Source of the DNA: Laetmonice hystrix
Lineage: Eukaryota
Direction of reading: 5' to 3'
Assembly: GCA_965235115.1 (NCBI GenBank)
Contig: OZ249440.1
Location: 24,428,001 to 24,492,000, forward strand
Length of the DNA stretch: 64,000 nt
Under the pieces are notes generated by a model. That model searched no databases. It saw nothing but the letters and a program-made list of their open reading frames with translations, and had not been told where the DNA came from. How positions within the stretch are numbered: position 1 is the first letter of the stretch; each line of letters opens with the position of its first letter. Made by a program: the position numbers and the translations under genes. This document shows, piece by piece, positions 1 to 12,701 of this stretch.

Positions 1-114
1 GTACTTAAACTAAAGTAGTAATTTAGATTTGCATTTCCTTTAAAAAAATCCTTCTCCACCTGAATGCATTGGTAAATGTAAGGTATAAACTAAGTAGAGG
101 TTTTGAGTGTCTAC

Positions 115-1313
115 CTTGGGTGCATGACGTCCTCTGTCTACACCTTTCAAGTGATCGTTGATCCCCAGGTAAGGTTTGATACTTAACCAACCTCCAGTTT
201 CAGCCTCTTCAGTTGCACTAAGTGGAAGAAGATATTTTATAAAGAAACTGGCTAAAATAACTTTCATGCAGTTTATATTATACCATCAGTAATAACTTGA
301 CGGGGTGTATCATCAGGGGACCGTTTCACTAAACACTTGTATTTTACGAGCTTGTATTTTCTATAGATGATAATAGCAAAATGTACGAGTTTTTTCTTGT
401 TTACGAGCTATAAGGCCATATACGGGCTCGTACAGTCTTAGTGAAACGAGACCGTGGTTATGTTTGCTGGGATGATATGACAAGTGTATACCTGTTGGAG
501 TCGGGTAACACTCTGGATGAGGTACAATCGGGTTGGTGATGTCTTTTCCGAGAGGCTGCACTGGATGTTTGGCTCCGAGATGGTTCCTTGTCTACATGAC
601 TATGACTTGGCTGTGTGGTGTCCGGGTCTTGCCCTATTGTAAACATTCCACCCCACTGTGTTCTCATTTGCATGGGCACTATACAATGTTATGTTTTTTG
701 TCTTCACTGTTACTGTTTGAAAATTTTATGCCGAGGTCTGAATTTTACTTGACCGGGAAATTGATTGCTTCGGAGGTAGATTTCAACCTACGGAGGAGGA
801 AGATTTCTTCGCCTTTATTTGATGGCTGAAGGATCGATACAAGTAACATGTACGTACCTATGTTAATTTTTTGTCTTGGAGCTTTCCTTTCTCGTCTGGC
901 TGACACCTTTGCTGTCACATCTTGTCGTTTCTTTTGAAGTGCCTGGAATTTCTAAAATTCAAAACTAACGTGTCATAAAGCTAGATGGGAAAGATACATG
1001 TATATATAAAATTTAAAATATGTGACAACCCTCTTATCAGTAATTAAAAAAGAATTTCCATAAAGTTGAGTTGACACACCTCCCATAGATTAGGTGATAC
1101 ACCACTTGGCTTGCTTGACGTTTCCTTATCCAATGCCTTGCTTGAACTTTCGTTATCCAATGTCTTGCTTGACCTTTCGTTATCCAATGTCTTGCTTGAC
1201 CTTTCGTTATCCAATGTCTTGCTCACTGTTCGACTGGTACCTGCGATGCCTCCCTCAGACGGGTCTTTACTTGAGGTGTCTGTACTCTCATGCACTTTCA
1301 GTATTTCTGACAT
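115..1313 (-). CDS. FAM204A: FAM204A-like protein, 5' partial gene model. Coding exons 1313-1080, 951-858, 633-492, 217-115; the C-terminal exon(s) lie left of the window.
   Basis: All introns are GT..AG and phases join in frame (0, 1, 2, then 0). Translation: MSEILK...KPSGVSPNLWE|KFQALQKKRQ...KINI|GQDPD...DSN|SATEEAETGGWLSIKPYLGINDHLKGVDRGRHAPK. PSGVSPNLWEKFQAL matches my recollection of human FAM204A PSGIPIDMWNKFQEL. WLSIKPYLGINDHL matches WKELTQYFGVNDRF, which precedes the conserved SGLEK block. Confidence 0.85.
1127..1222 (-). repeat. 27-bp coding tandem repeat (SKTLDNERS x3-4) inside the first FAM204A coding exon
   Basis: Unit tccaatgtcttgcttgacctttcgtta is repeated and in frame with the exon. 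Confidence 0.9.
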
Positions 1314-1499
1314 TTCTTGAAAAATAACAATACCAAATCATGGTTCATTTTTATGATTAAAGGATGATTATTCAGAAGTACAGTAAGTGAAATATGACAG
1401 TAACATGTTGATGTCAAATTAATCAACCCATAGTCAGATAGAGCTGCATGCTTCAGTCTAGACTAGAAGTTTAGTCTTTACTTTTAGACCACCCCCATT

Positions 1500-1679
1500 C
1501 AGGCAAGGATCTAGGTTTGCACCAATGGGGGGGGGGGGGGGGGGGTGCCAAGGGTGGGGGTTATGGGTTGTGTATGTTTTGTGTGAATTTTCAAGCAGGA
1601 AAACAGAAAAATTACTTTGTAATGGGGGGTTGCCAGTATAGCCTAACCCCCCCCCCCCCCCTCCCTAAATCTGCCACTG
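1500..1679. mobile_element. Degenerate GC-ended MITE (CAG...GGAT family)
   Basis: Ends caggcaaggatctagg ... cctaaatctgccactg, with internal poly-G and poly-C. TSD not recognisable. Confidence 0.5.
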
Positions 1680-2013
1680 CCCTGGCATTCCTACGCCTAC
1701 GCCTACCCCAGCCCCCTCAGCTTCAATTTAATTTTTTAAATCACCAGTACACCAGTAGGCCTAACCAACAGATTGAGACTGGTCTTACAATAATGTGACT
1801 GTGAGTGGCTTCACTACATTGTCCAATTAGTGGCTAGACCAGGCCAACAAAGTGTTAGCGGAGATATCCCCAATTATCGCTCATTTACCCTTTCAGTCTA
1901 CAAAGACAAGACTGTCTAGACTCTACATGCTGCCTTCTGTAACCTTATGTTCACTATGATTTTCACTGAGATTAACTCGTGTAGATCCCATCTTCGACTG
2001 TACACAACAATAC

Positions 2014-2341
2014 CTGGAAGTGATGAGCCGATGGCCACTGACAGTCAGAATAGACAGAAACATTCGCCGTCTGCTTGTTAATTCTCACACTCTCCACTAG
2101 AGTAAACTTGTAATTACCACCAGAGGGCGTGGTATCCGGTTACCCGGCCTCCTGGCGTCAGTTTAGGAACGGCCCAGAAGACCGTGGCGCTCGCAGACTC
2201 AGAAACTCGAGATGTGCAGAGGGATCGCACAGAGTGTGGCGGGAGAGTCCACTCAGTCCAGTCGTCGAGAACTGTTCAAGATTTGGTAATTAGGCCTACG
2301 GTATCAGAATTTTCACACCAGCAGCAGTGAACACAGGAATG
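2014..2341. promoter_or_regulatory. Probable bidirectional promoter between FAM204A (minus) and a plus-strand gene
   Basis: CpG-richer segment bounded by a minus-strand donor (CCAG|GTATTG at 2014/2013) and a plus-strand donor (ATG|GTAAGA at 2341/2342). Contains CCACCAGAGGGCG at 2117-2129. Confidence 0.6.
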
Positions 2342-2760
2342 GTAAGAATTTATACTTTGCCTTATTTGCTCCATCATTGTGTAGATCTCTAGTAGCCGCC
2401 AGGAGGGCCTACCCAGTCTTAGGCCTAAACTAGGCCTAAGACCCTATAGTTTTTGTAGATGGCCTAAGCATTCGGCCTACTGCATGCCGCTAACACAGGC
2501 TAGGCTATATTATCCTGATGCCCCCTTAGGCTAAATTCTATAGGCCTACGCTACTAGCCTACTAGCTAGGCCCAATGAATTAGGCCTATGAACGATTTCG
2601 TGATTTCTTTATAGGCCTAGTCCTAGGCCTAGATCGGCGAAATCGTTATTAAAAGACCTAGCCTAGGCTAGGCCTAGGCCTACATTCCATTGGCGCGGGA
2701 TCATCTGGGGAGGGGGTTTTCCCCCCAAATTCTTATATATTTGTTATAGCCTAGGCTATT
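2290..2760. promoter_or_regulatory. Dense cluster of TAGGCCTA/TAGGCTA palindromic motifs around the first plus-strand donor
   Basis: About ten TAGGCCTA-type words within about 470 bp, e.g. ctagcctaggctaggcctaggcctac near 2657-2682. Confidence 0.7.
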
Positions 2761-5700
2761 AATGGACCCCCCCCCCCCACTTGCCCCCCCCCCCCCCATA
2801 TTCACGTTGTTCCTTTCTAAAAGAATACGTCCCTATTCATAAGCCCTAAATCACCGATTATTGGGGCAATCCCTGCCCATCCAGATTATGGACCTATAGG
2901 CCTATGGGGTTCGACCTGTGCTTCCCGCTACCGGTGTGTAGCTAGGGGCCTACACTCCAGGCCTATAGCCAGTTTGTCGTGGTAGCCGTCTTATGTGTTA
3001 ATTTAGACGACCTGCTTATAAATGTCACTGATTAACAGAATAAGATCTCTGGGAGATGTCTCCTCTTCAGATTTGTTGTGACTAGAATACAGCTGAAGAA
3101 GTTCTGCGTAGGTTGAGTGTAGACCATTGACATTCTAATTAAATACTTTCTCACTAATAGGTTAGCCCCATTTTGAAGGGTCTGGTGATACCTATCAGCA
3201 GGTGCTCCTCATATTACGCTGGGTTCTCTCCCATGTGGCCACAAATTACACAGCCAAACAACCCCTTGATACCTTCTTGTAATGTGATCATAGGGAAGTT
3301 GTGCAACCGTCAATTTAACTGGGGGCATACTATGGTCATCGGGAAGTACAACTTGACATCTTCAGTACATGTGCGGTGACTGAATTCCCATGGTATGTGA
3401 TTTTGTGTATTTGAAATATTTACGTGTTTAGTTAGGTCTACTAATTTTATACATGAATTTTATATCCTTTAGAAGTTTTTAATTCAATTTATCTCCTATA
3501 GTTAGAAAGCGCTCCTGGGCTGGGATAGATTGCGTTCCGTCGACACATTTAGTTGTTGAGTGTAAATAGTTCTGTGATGTGAAGAAAGTTTTGTGTTGTC
3601 AAGTTTAGGGTAATAACAGCCAGAAACGACTGATTAGAGAATCGTTGTCAATCTTACCACCTAGCAAACAATGGCTGACGGATCGTATGGACATATATAT
3701 TACTGCCACGTCCAGGAGACGCTGGGAAAGTTATTGTGTGTCAACCGGGCCACTATAGATCTAACTTCTAAATATAAAGCATAGGCCTACTACGAAAGCG
3801 AAAGAAATCGCTTCATTTTGGGTTCTTAAAGCAGATACATGTAGATCAAAATAACACTTAGACGTGATGGAAGATTTCGTTTTCATGCATTTAGCATTGA
3901 AGTTTCGAACTTGATCTGCTTTGTTTAAGCAGTCTGTATGGGCCTATATACACACGTTGTGGTTGGCCAGCCAACCATAAACATGTTAACGGATAAAACT
4001 GGCCTGGACCATGATGGCTTTCTATAAATATTGGAGGTTGAAGGGGTTCCTCGATGGACCGGAAGTCAGCTCATCCTGAAGAATGCCGTTTCCGGTGAGG
4101 ACATAGGTTCAGGTTACGCCTAACAAAGATGATGACCCCAGCCTATTACATTAACTTCCTATTTCATTTAAGGACTGGAACCCCAATGAAAACAATCCTG
4201 CCAAATTTTCAGGGTTAGCTCCGATACTGCCCAGCACGTGGAGCGACTATAAGTCTGTGCTTATTTGGCGGGTTGTGATAATCAGCAAGATAATTATTTT
4301 GAGAAACAATAAATACCGTCAGACCCCCGTTGTGTCGTAATTCCACGGATCTACGGTAAAACAAATATCACTGGAAGCTGCTGGTGCCAGTGACGGCCTC
4401 AGATGTGAGAGGATTGGTCAGTGATCAGTCTGGCCAATGGTCAGTCCACCCCACTCGCTACCACTGCTGGGGCGCACAGATAAGGCCGTTGATGACCATG
4501 ATAGCCTGGTAAATGGTGACCCTCATGGTTCCCCAGTTGACCTTTCGCCCAGCGCCAATTTTTCACCTGACGAGGATCAAAGGAGGCGGCGATGTTGGGG
4601 AGCAATAATTAATTCTGTTTGTGGTCGGGAGGCGAGGCGGGGATCAGGGGGCCATTGTAATACATAATTAAGCTGTGACCGTAAGGGTCAGCATGGCCGG
4701 AGCATCACGGGGAAAGGACATCTAGAGGGCGCTGCGGTCGTTGACGCGCTGCATCATGGGAAGCCCAATGCAGGATGTGTGATTCTTGATTAATTGATCT
4801 CCCGTTTTTTTTGCATTACAACATTGTAACATGATGCCCCAGAAGACGGTTTTAACAAGTAAAAACTAAAATGCATTAATTTACGGAAATGGATATAATT
4901 CTCTTCTTTTTTAGTTTACGTTAGACATAATACGCGCTATACTTTCAGATAAAAAGACATCTTCTCTCTGTTGGATATAGTACCACCTCCGGCAACCAGG
5001 TGTACCAAACCTGGATGGACTCATAATTTAACAAGTTTTATAGCTTTGGAATGCCCCTGTTGCACTTTGATTATGGTCGGTGACGTAATAAGGGAGCGGG
5101 GGTATTAGTCCATACGTAGCCCTCGTGGTGTAGATGGGCCACGTTTGTAACACTATTATGGTAAAAAGATAAAATTAATGTTTGTTTCAGAAAACTAGGC
5201 CTCCTCCATGACAGGAATCTTTAGATTCAAAGGTCGGGTATGCTCATATATAATGATACAATATAATGACCCTTGAGCTATTTACTGTTAGGTCTATTAT
5301 AAAATCTACTACTCTATCGCAATGATCTCCCTTGCTTGAAAAGAGTGCACCTCATCACACCATACTCAAAGGCTTTATCAACAGGACACTATTCACACAT
5401 CAGTGACTTAAAGACCCGAGCTGAATGTTTTTAACGTTTTAGCGGTTCCCCCCTTGTTGTTCTGTCCATAAAAGTTTCACTTGACAGATGGAACTGGTGT
5501 ATGTGTTGGGGGGGGGGGGAGTTTGTGGAGATAGGTCAGGTATTAACAGCGCTCTTGACTTGGTTAACGGGGCAAAAAGACTCCGATATAGGCTACCCAA
5601 AGTTATTTTAACCCTTGTGTTCCTCTAGCAAGCCCCTGTCTGTTACACATGTTGAGGGAAGGGATAGTTGTGAATAGTTGTGTAAATCCGTCATCTCAGA

Positions 5701-8700
5701 TCTTACATCAAGAACACCTTGGGCTGAGGTTTCGGCTGCTGGTCTTCATTGTGCGCCCTCTAGCGGTGTAAGATCCGTCAAACTCGAACCGTTCCCCCGT
5801 CCTACCGGCAGCCAGCGTCGGCCCACCGCAATGTAGCTAACAAAACCTGCACAGCTGTGCTCTAACTGTTGCCACTTCCCTGCTGTTTTCTAAGTAAACA
5901 TGACTTAGAGTCCAAAGGGATCTCTTCACGTCAGAAGTGCTGCTCGGCTCAATGCTGCCTGAATTAAGTCAAACGATATCAAGATCTTCTCGGTCCGCAG
6001 TTATTCTCGCACAATGTGTCGTCAACTCCGCCAACTGTTTGATGTTCCAGCCGTCCCGAACCGCCGTGCCCGGTAGACACTACTTGTGGTCATCCTAGAC
6101 GCAGATGCTGCCAGAGATAGCATGAGGTTCTCTTCCTTTTCAGGGGGCAGGAGTCCGTCTAATTCAGTCAATAAATGAACAGAGAATGGTACGATTTCTC
6201 TTGTCTCCACAATTTGGTGTAACTCCAGGCATTCTTTTAACCAAATGCAAATAGACGTTTTTCATACATCAAAAATTATCTTCGAGTGGAAACTTCCAGT
6301 GATTTACAGCTCTCCTAAGTAATATCCCATTGTCCATGGTAATTACAATGTCCATTTAAAAAGCCCCAGGAATAGGACCTTTGAATGTATTGTAAGTCAA
6401 TATTAGTTTTTAAGTTTTCAGATCGAGTCTTACTGTTCCAAGCGGAACTCCGTTCGTTACCGCCCCGTTACACAGCAAGGAGACGATACACGTCGTGGTA
6501 TACAGACCCCGTATACTGCCGCAGACTGTATCCCACCCGAAGTTTCAATGAATCGCTTTAACCTGGGGACAAGTGGAGGAGGCTGGGCTCAAAAACCTCA
6601 CACAATGACCTCAGAGATGAAAGAGGATTTCGGGTAGTATAACGGTGATGAATGTTTTCTGCCTCCAATCCCACCTTGCTGAATACTGAGTTGATGCTCA
6701 GATCAAAGGAGAGGACGGGACGGGACCACCTGAGGCTCTGACAATGACGTAGGGTTCACAGTCCTCCTATGTGCTGACAGATCGGGGCCGTTACTCAATC
6801 CGAACGCTGTCTTCCATTTGTCCACACCGACTCCGTCCACCAGTCCTATATAACTTGTTCACACCCACTCCGTCCACCATTCCTAACTTGTCCACACCGA
6901 CTCCGTCCACCAGTCCTATATAACTTGTCCACACCGACTCCGTCCACCAGTCCTATATAACTTGTCCACACCGACTCCGTCCACCAGTCCTATATAACTT
7001 GTCCACACCGACTCCGTCCACCAGTCCTATATATAACTTGTCCACACCGGCTCCGTCCACCAGTCCTATATAACTTGTCCACACCGACTCCGTCCACCAG
7101 TCCTATATAACTTGTCCACACCGACTCCGTCCACCAGTCCTATATAACTTGTCCACACCGACTCCGTCCACCAGTCCTATATAACTTGTCCACACCGACT
7201 CCGTCCACCAGTCCTATATATAACTTGTCCACACCGACTCCGTCCACCAGTCCTATATAACTTGTCCACACCGACTCCGTCCACCAGTCCTATATATAAC
7301 TTGTCCACACCGACTCCGTCCACCAGTCCTATATATAACTTGTCCACACCGACTCCGTCCACCAGTCCTATATAACTTGTCCACACCGACTCCGTCCACC
7401 AGTCCTATATATAACTTGTCCACACCGACTCCGTCCACCAGTCCTATATAACTTGTCCACACCGACTCCGTCCACCAGTCCTATATAACTTGTCCACACC
7501 GACTCCGTCCACCAGTCCTATATATAACTTGTCCACACCGACTCCGTCCACCAGTCCTATATATAACTTGTCCACACCGACTCCGTCCACCATTCCTAAC
7601 TTGTCCACACCGACTCCGTCCACCAGTCCTATATAACTTGTCCACACCGACTCCGTCCACCAGTCCTATATAACTTGTCCACACCGACTCCGTCCACCAT
7701 TCCTAACTTGTCCACACCGACTCCGTCCACCATTCCTAACTTGTCCACACCGACTCCGTCCACCAGTCCTATATAACTTGTCCACACCGACTCCGTCCAC
7801 CATTCCTAACTTGTCCACACCGACTCCGTCCACCATTCCTAACTTGTCCACACCGACTCCGTCCACCAGTCCTATATAACTTGTCCACACCGACTCCGTC
7901 CACCATTCCTAACTTGTCCACACCGACTCCGTCCACCAGTCCTAACTTGTCCACACCGACTCCGTCCACCAGTCCTATATAACTTGTCCACACCGACTCC
8001 GTCCACCAGTCCTAACTTGTCCACACCGACTCCGTCCACCAGTCCTATATAACTTGTCCACACCGACTCCGTCCACCATTCCTAACTTGTCCACACCGAC
8101 TCCGTCCACCAGTCCTATATAACTTGTCCACACCGACTCCGTCCACCAGTCCTATATAACTTGTCCACACCGACTCCGTCCACCAGTCCTAACTTGTCCA
8201 CACCGACTCCGTCCACCAGTCCTATATAACTTGTCCACACCGACTCCGTCCACCAGTCCTATATAACTTGTCCACACCGACTCCGTCCACCATTCCTAAC
8301 TTGTCCACACCGACTCCGTCCACCAGTCCTATATAACTTGTCCACACCGACTCCGTCCACCAGTCCTATATAACTTGTCCACACCGACTCCGTCCACCAG
8401 TCCTATATAACTTGTCCACACCGACTCCGTCCACCAGTCCTATATAACTTGTCCACACCGACTCCGTCCACCAGTCCTATATAACTTGTCCACACCGACT
8501 CCGTCCACCAGTCCTATATATAACTTGTCCACACCGACTCCGTCCACCAGTCCTATATAACTTGTCCACACCGACTCCGTCCACCAGTCCTATATATAAC
8601 TTGTCCACACCGACTCCGTCCACCAGTCCTATATAACTTGTCCACACCGACTCCGTCCACCAGTCCTATATAACTTGTCCACACCGACTCCGTCCACCAG

Positions 8701-11700
8701 TCCTATATATAACTTGTCCACACCGACTCCGTCCACCAGTCCTATATATAACTTGTCCACACCGACTCCGTCCACCAGTCCTATATAACTTGTCCACACC
8801 GACTCCGTCCACCAGTCCTATATATAACTTGTCCACACCGACTCCGTCCACCAGTCCTAACTTGTCCACACCGACTCCGTCCACCAGTCCTATATAACTT
8901 GTCCACACCGACTCCGTCCACCAGTCCTATATAACTTGTCCACACCGACTCCGTCCACCAGTCCTATATAACTTGTCCACACCGACTCCGTCCACCAGTC
9001 CTATATAACTTGTCCACACCGACTCCGTCCACCAGTCCTATATAACTTGTCCACACCGACTCCGTCCACCAGTCCTATATAACTTGTCCACACCGACTCC
9101 GTCCACCAGTCCTATATAACTTGTCCACACCGACTCCGTCCACCAGTCCTATATATAACTTGTCCACACCGACTCCGTCCACCAGTCCTATATAACTTGT
9201 CCACACCGACTCCGTCCACCAGTCCTATATATAACTTGTCCACACCGACTCCGTCCACCAGTCCTATATAACTTGTCCACACCGACTCCGTCCACCAGTC
9301 CTATATAACTTGTCCACACCGACTCCGTCCACCAGTCCTATATATAACTTGTCCACACCGACTCCGTCCACCAGTCCTATATATAACTTGTCCACACCGA
9401 CTCCGTCCACCAGTCCTATATAACTTGTCCACACCGACTCCGTCCACCAGTCCTATATAACTTGTCCACACCGACTCCGTCCACCAGTCCTATATAACTT
9501 GTCCACACCGACTCCGTCCACCAGTCCTATATAACTTGTCCACACCGACTCCGTCCACCAGTCCTATATATAACTTGTCCACACCGACTCCGTCCACCAG
9601 TCCTATATAACTTGTCCACACCGACTCCGTCCACCAGTCCTATATAACTTGTCCACACCGACTCCGTCCACCAGTCCTATATATAACTTGTCCACACCGA
9701 CTCCGTCCACCAGTCCTATATATAACTTGTCCACACCGACTCCGTCCACCAGTCCTATATAACTTGTCCACACCGACTCCGTCCACCAGTCCTATATAAC
9801 TTGTCCACACCGACTCCGTCCACCAGTCCTATATAACTTGTCCACACCGACTCCGTCCACCAGTCCTATATAACTTGTCCACACCGACTCCGTCCACCAG
9901 TCCTATATATAACTTGTCCACACCGACTCCGTCCACCAGTCCTATATAACTTGTCCACACCGACTCCGTCCACCAGTCCTATATAACTTGTCCACACCGA
10001 CTCCGTCCACCAGTCCTATATATAACTTGTCCACACCGACTCCGTCCACCAGTCCTATATATAACTTGTCCACACCGACTCCGTCCACCAGTCCTATATA
10101 TAACTTGTCCACACCGACTCCGTCCACCAGTCCTATATATAACTTGTCCACACCGACTCCGTCCACCAGTCCTATATATAACTTGTCCACACCGACTCCG
10201 TCCACCAGTCCTATACATGTATAACTTGTTCACACCCACTCCGTCCACCATTCCTAACTTGTCCACACCGACTCCGTCCACCAGTCCTAACTTGTCCAAA
10301 CCGACTCCGTCCACCATTCCTAACTTGTCCACACCGACTCCGTCCACCATTCCTAACTTGTTCACACCGACTCCGTCCACTATTCCTAACTTGTTCACAC
10401 CGACTCCGTCCACCATTCCTAACTTGTTCTCACCGACTCCGTCCACCATTCCTAACTTGTTCACACCGACTCCGTCCACCATTCCTAACTTGTTCACACC
10501 GACTCCGTCCACCATTCCTAACTTGTCCACACCGACTCCGTCCACCATTCCTAACTTGTTCACACCGACTCCGTCCACCATTCCTAACTTGTTCACACCG
10601 ACTCTGTCCACCATTCCTAACTTGTTCACACCGACTCCGTCCACCTTTTCCATGCAGTCAGTCCATACTGAATCCATCCACCATTTTCAACCTGTCCACG
10701 TGACTGCCGTCCCCATTTGTCCATATACTGACTCTAACCACCCTCCCCATTTGTCCATATACTGACTCTAACCACCCTCCCCATTTGTCCATATACTGAC
10801 TCTAACCGCCGTCCCCATTTGTCCATATACTGACTCTAACCGCCGTCCCCATTTGTCCATACCCTGACTCTAACATTTATGGAAGAGTGAAAGTTGAGCT
10901 TTGATGTTTCTTTTACATTTTCAACCAGTTGCAGTCAGGTAGGTAATAGGTCGGCTCCTGTACTTAAAGTCTCGCCATGCATTTGTCACCAGTGCACACA
11001 GTGTGTGAACTGTTAATCTAACAATCTTTGCCTATGCAGTAAGAAACTTAAAGAGAGAAAAGGGAGAAAACAAGTGCAAAGACAAGATGGATATTGAATC
11101 AACCTTAGATCTTTCAGTCGGTGGGACATGTCGACATTAGTCAGGTATATGGGTTTAAATGTGGGCATTGGCGTCATGGTTTTGATGCGGGCAGGGCAGG
11201 GCAGGGGGAGGTTAAGGAATGGTGTACAGGTGGTCGTGATGTGACCGTGAGGACCGCTATACGTGGATGACGGCAGCTGGCCGATAAGTATCAAAGTAAT
11301 GTGTGGCGGGCCCACAGGACTCTGTTTGATCTTGGGATGTGCGCTCTATGGTACACAACACGTCAAAGGTCTCAACACACAAAGTGTTTAAGGATCATGT
11401 CGAGTGTGCCATTCGAGTTCACCTAAAACGCAGAGCACGTCGATACCGTACAGAGGTCTCTCTGAACGTCAAACGGTTCGACGGCCCCCCGCCCCCATTG
11501 CCTTTCGCGGGGTCAGGGGGTAGGCCTATTACGAGCAAGGAAGAAATCAACGACGCATAAAGGACTGAAAAATGTTGGACTGGGTTTGGGCAACGAGTAT
11601 AAACTCGTTGGTTTGGGGAGCGATGGTTTGGGTTATACCATGCATTGGGAAATCTGGTGGATAGTGCATTTATGGGCAAATCATCGAAATACTATATTTT

Positions 11701-12467
11701 TCTTTTGAAATGCACGGGCATCAGGGGTAACCCAATTACTTTGACAATGTCCCTAAAGAGAAAAGTTGTATAGTCCTCTACAGGAATCGAACCCAGGCCC
11801 TAAGATTACTGCACCCATTCGCATAGCATAAGGTGTCGACATCCATGCCCACTAGGCCACCGCCACTCCCGTATTTGGTTCGGGCAATCTCTCTTTGACT
11901 TAAATTTCTAATAAGATCTCTAAAATCGGAACATGACGTCGAAATATTATATTATTTCCAGGTGTCATAAAAGTTGCGGAAAAATTGGTAGGCATCTGTT
12001 ATTCTTGGAGGAAGAGATACAAGAACTAACCCTCTTCACTCCCATCAGGCACCTCCTTGACCCCCGGGTAAGTGTCGTAATGGCTGTGGGTGAGGGGGTG
12101 GGGGTGAGGGGGTGGGGGCCATCCCTGAGTGTCACTCATTCCTGGGCCACCCTCACAGTGTCCTGAGACCCGCTCGGGGGGACGGCCTGACGGACAGCCT
12201 GACGGACGTACGGGTGGGCGGTGAGGGCAGATTGACAGCAGCAGCAGACGTCTCATACACTGCGGGCAGTTCACAGCCCATTCATTATCCATTCTGATCT
12301 CAAAGCAAGTATTTAAGTCATCAATAGATCGACTGTTCGGGCCAGCTTCTTCACGCAACCTTTCTCAAAGCAGCCCCCGCCAAACTCGGCAAGATCTGTG
12401 GCGTATATAGCCTATTTACAGCCCAGCTACTTTGAAGTAACGTCATACCTGGATCGTGCAGAGACAG
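2339..12467 (+). CDS. Unrecognised spliced protein-coding gene, partial model. Candidate exons 2339-2341 (ATG), 6144-6188, 6422-6633, 11962-12067, 12422-12467; probably continues downstream (e.g. 21961-22047).
   Basis: Pyrimidine-rich AG acceptors and GT donors with compatible phases (0,0,2,0,1) give one open frame: M|GAGVRLIQSINEQRM|IESYCSKRNSVRYRP...MKEDF|GCHKSCGKIGRHLLFLEEEIQELTLFTPIRHLLDPR|PSYFEVTSYLDRAET. For 11962-12067 only the required frame is open. No family recognised. Confidence 0.45.
5753..5766 (-). promoter_or_regulatory. CTCF-like motif CCGCTAGAGGGCGC
   Basis: Match to the CCASYAGRKGGCRS-type consensus on the minus strand. Confidence 0.5.
6818..10645. repeat. About 3.8-kb minisatellite; unit acttgtccacaccgactccgtccaccagtcctatata (37 bp) with 33- and 39-bp variants
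   Basis: About 100 tandem copies read directly. Explains all ORF-track entries from 7177 to 10765. Confidence 0.98.
10705..10874. repeat. 34-bp tandem repeat (ccccatttgtccatatactgactctaaccaccct), about 5 copies
   Basis: Direct repeats adjacent to the large array. Confidence 0.9.
11740..11870 (-). mobile_element. tRNA-derived SINE head remnant
   Basis: The minus strand carries an A-box TGGCCTAGTGG (11859-11849) and a B-box GGTTCGATTCC (11793-11783). Spacing is too long and stems are absent for a tRNA. Confidence 0.45.
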
Positions 12468-12701
12468 GTGAGTTTAGTCGCCGGTAACTTAAACCGTACA
12501 GAAATATTGCATCCGTGCTACAACATCTGAATTAGTCTCAGGTGTGTAAGGGGATAGGAGCTAACCCGAGATGAAAATCAAACCTTACGGGAAAACATGG
12601 CGGTTAATGCCAGACAGGTGCTCGACGCGTACAATTGTTCAATTGAAATCACACTTAGACTTAGTAGACCTGTTGCTTGCAGAGCTTAGTGTCATGTCTG
12701 G

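Noticed and set aside
40-267. 75-aa single-exon ORF
   Set aside because: Only 217-115 is exonic (FAM204A); the rest is intron read-through.
6818-10645. CRISPR-like appearance of the regular 33-39-bp repeats
   Set aside because: No unique spacers and no cas genes; this is a contiguous tandem array in a spliceosomal-intron genome.
7177-10765. Many MWTSYIGLVDG/STPTPST ORFs
   Set aside because: Translations of the satellite; frames shift with the 37- and 39-bp variants.
11740-11870. Functional tRNA gene
   Set aside because: A and B boxes are present but no cloverleaf stems, and spacing is abnormal; treated as a SINE remnant.
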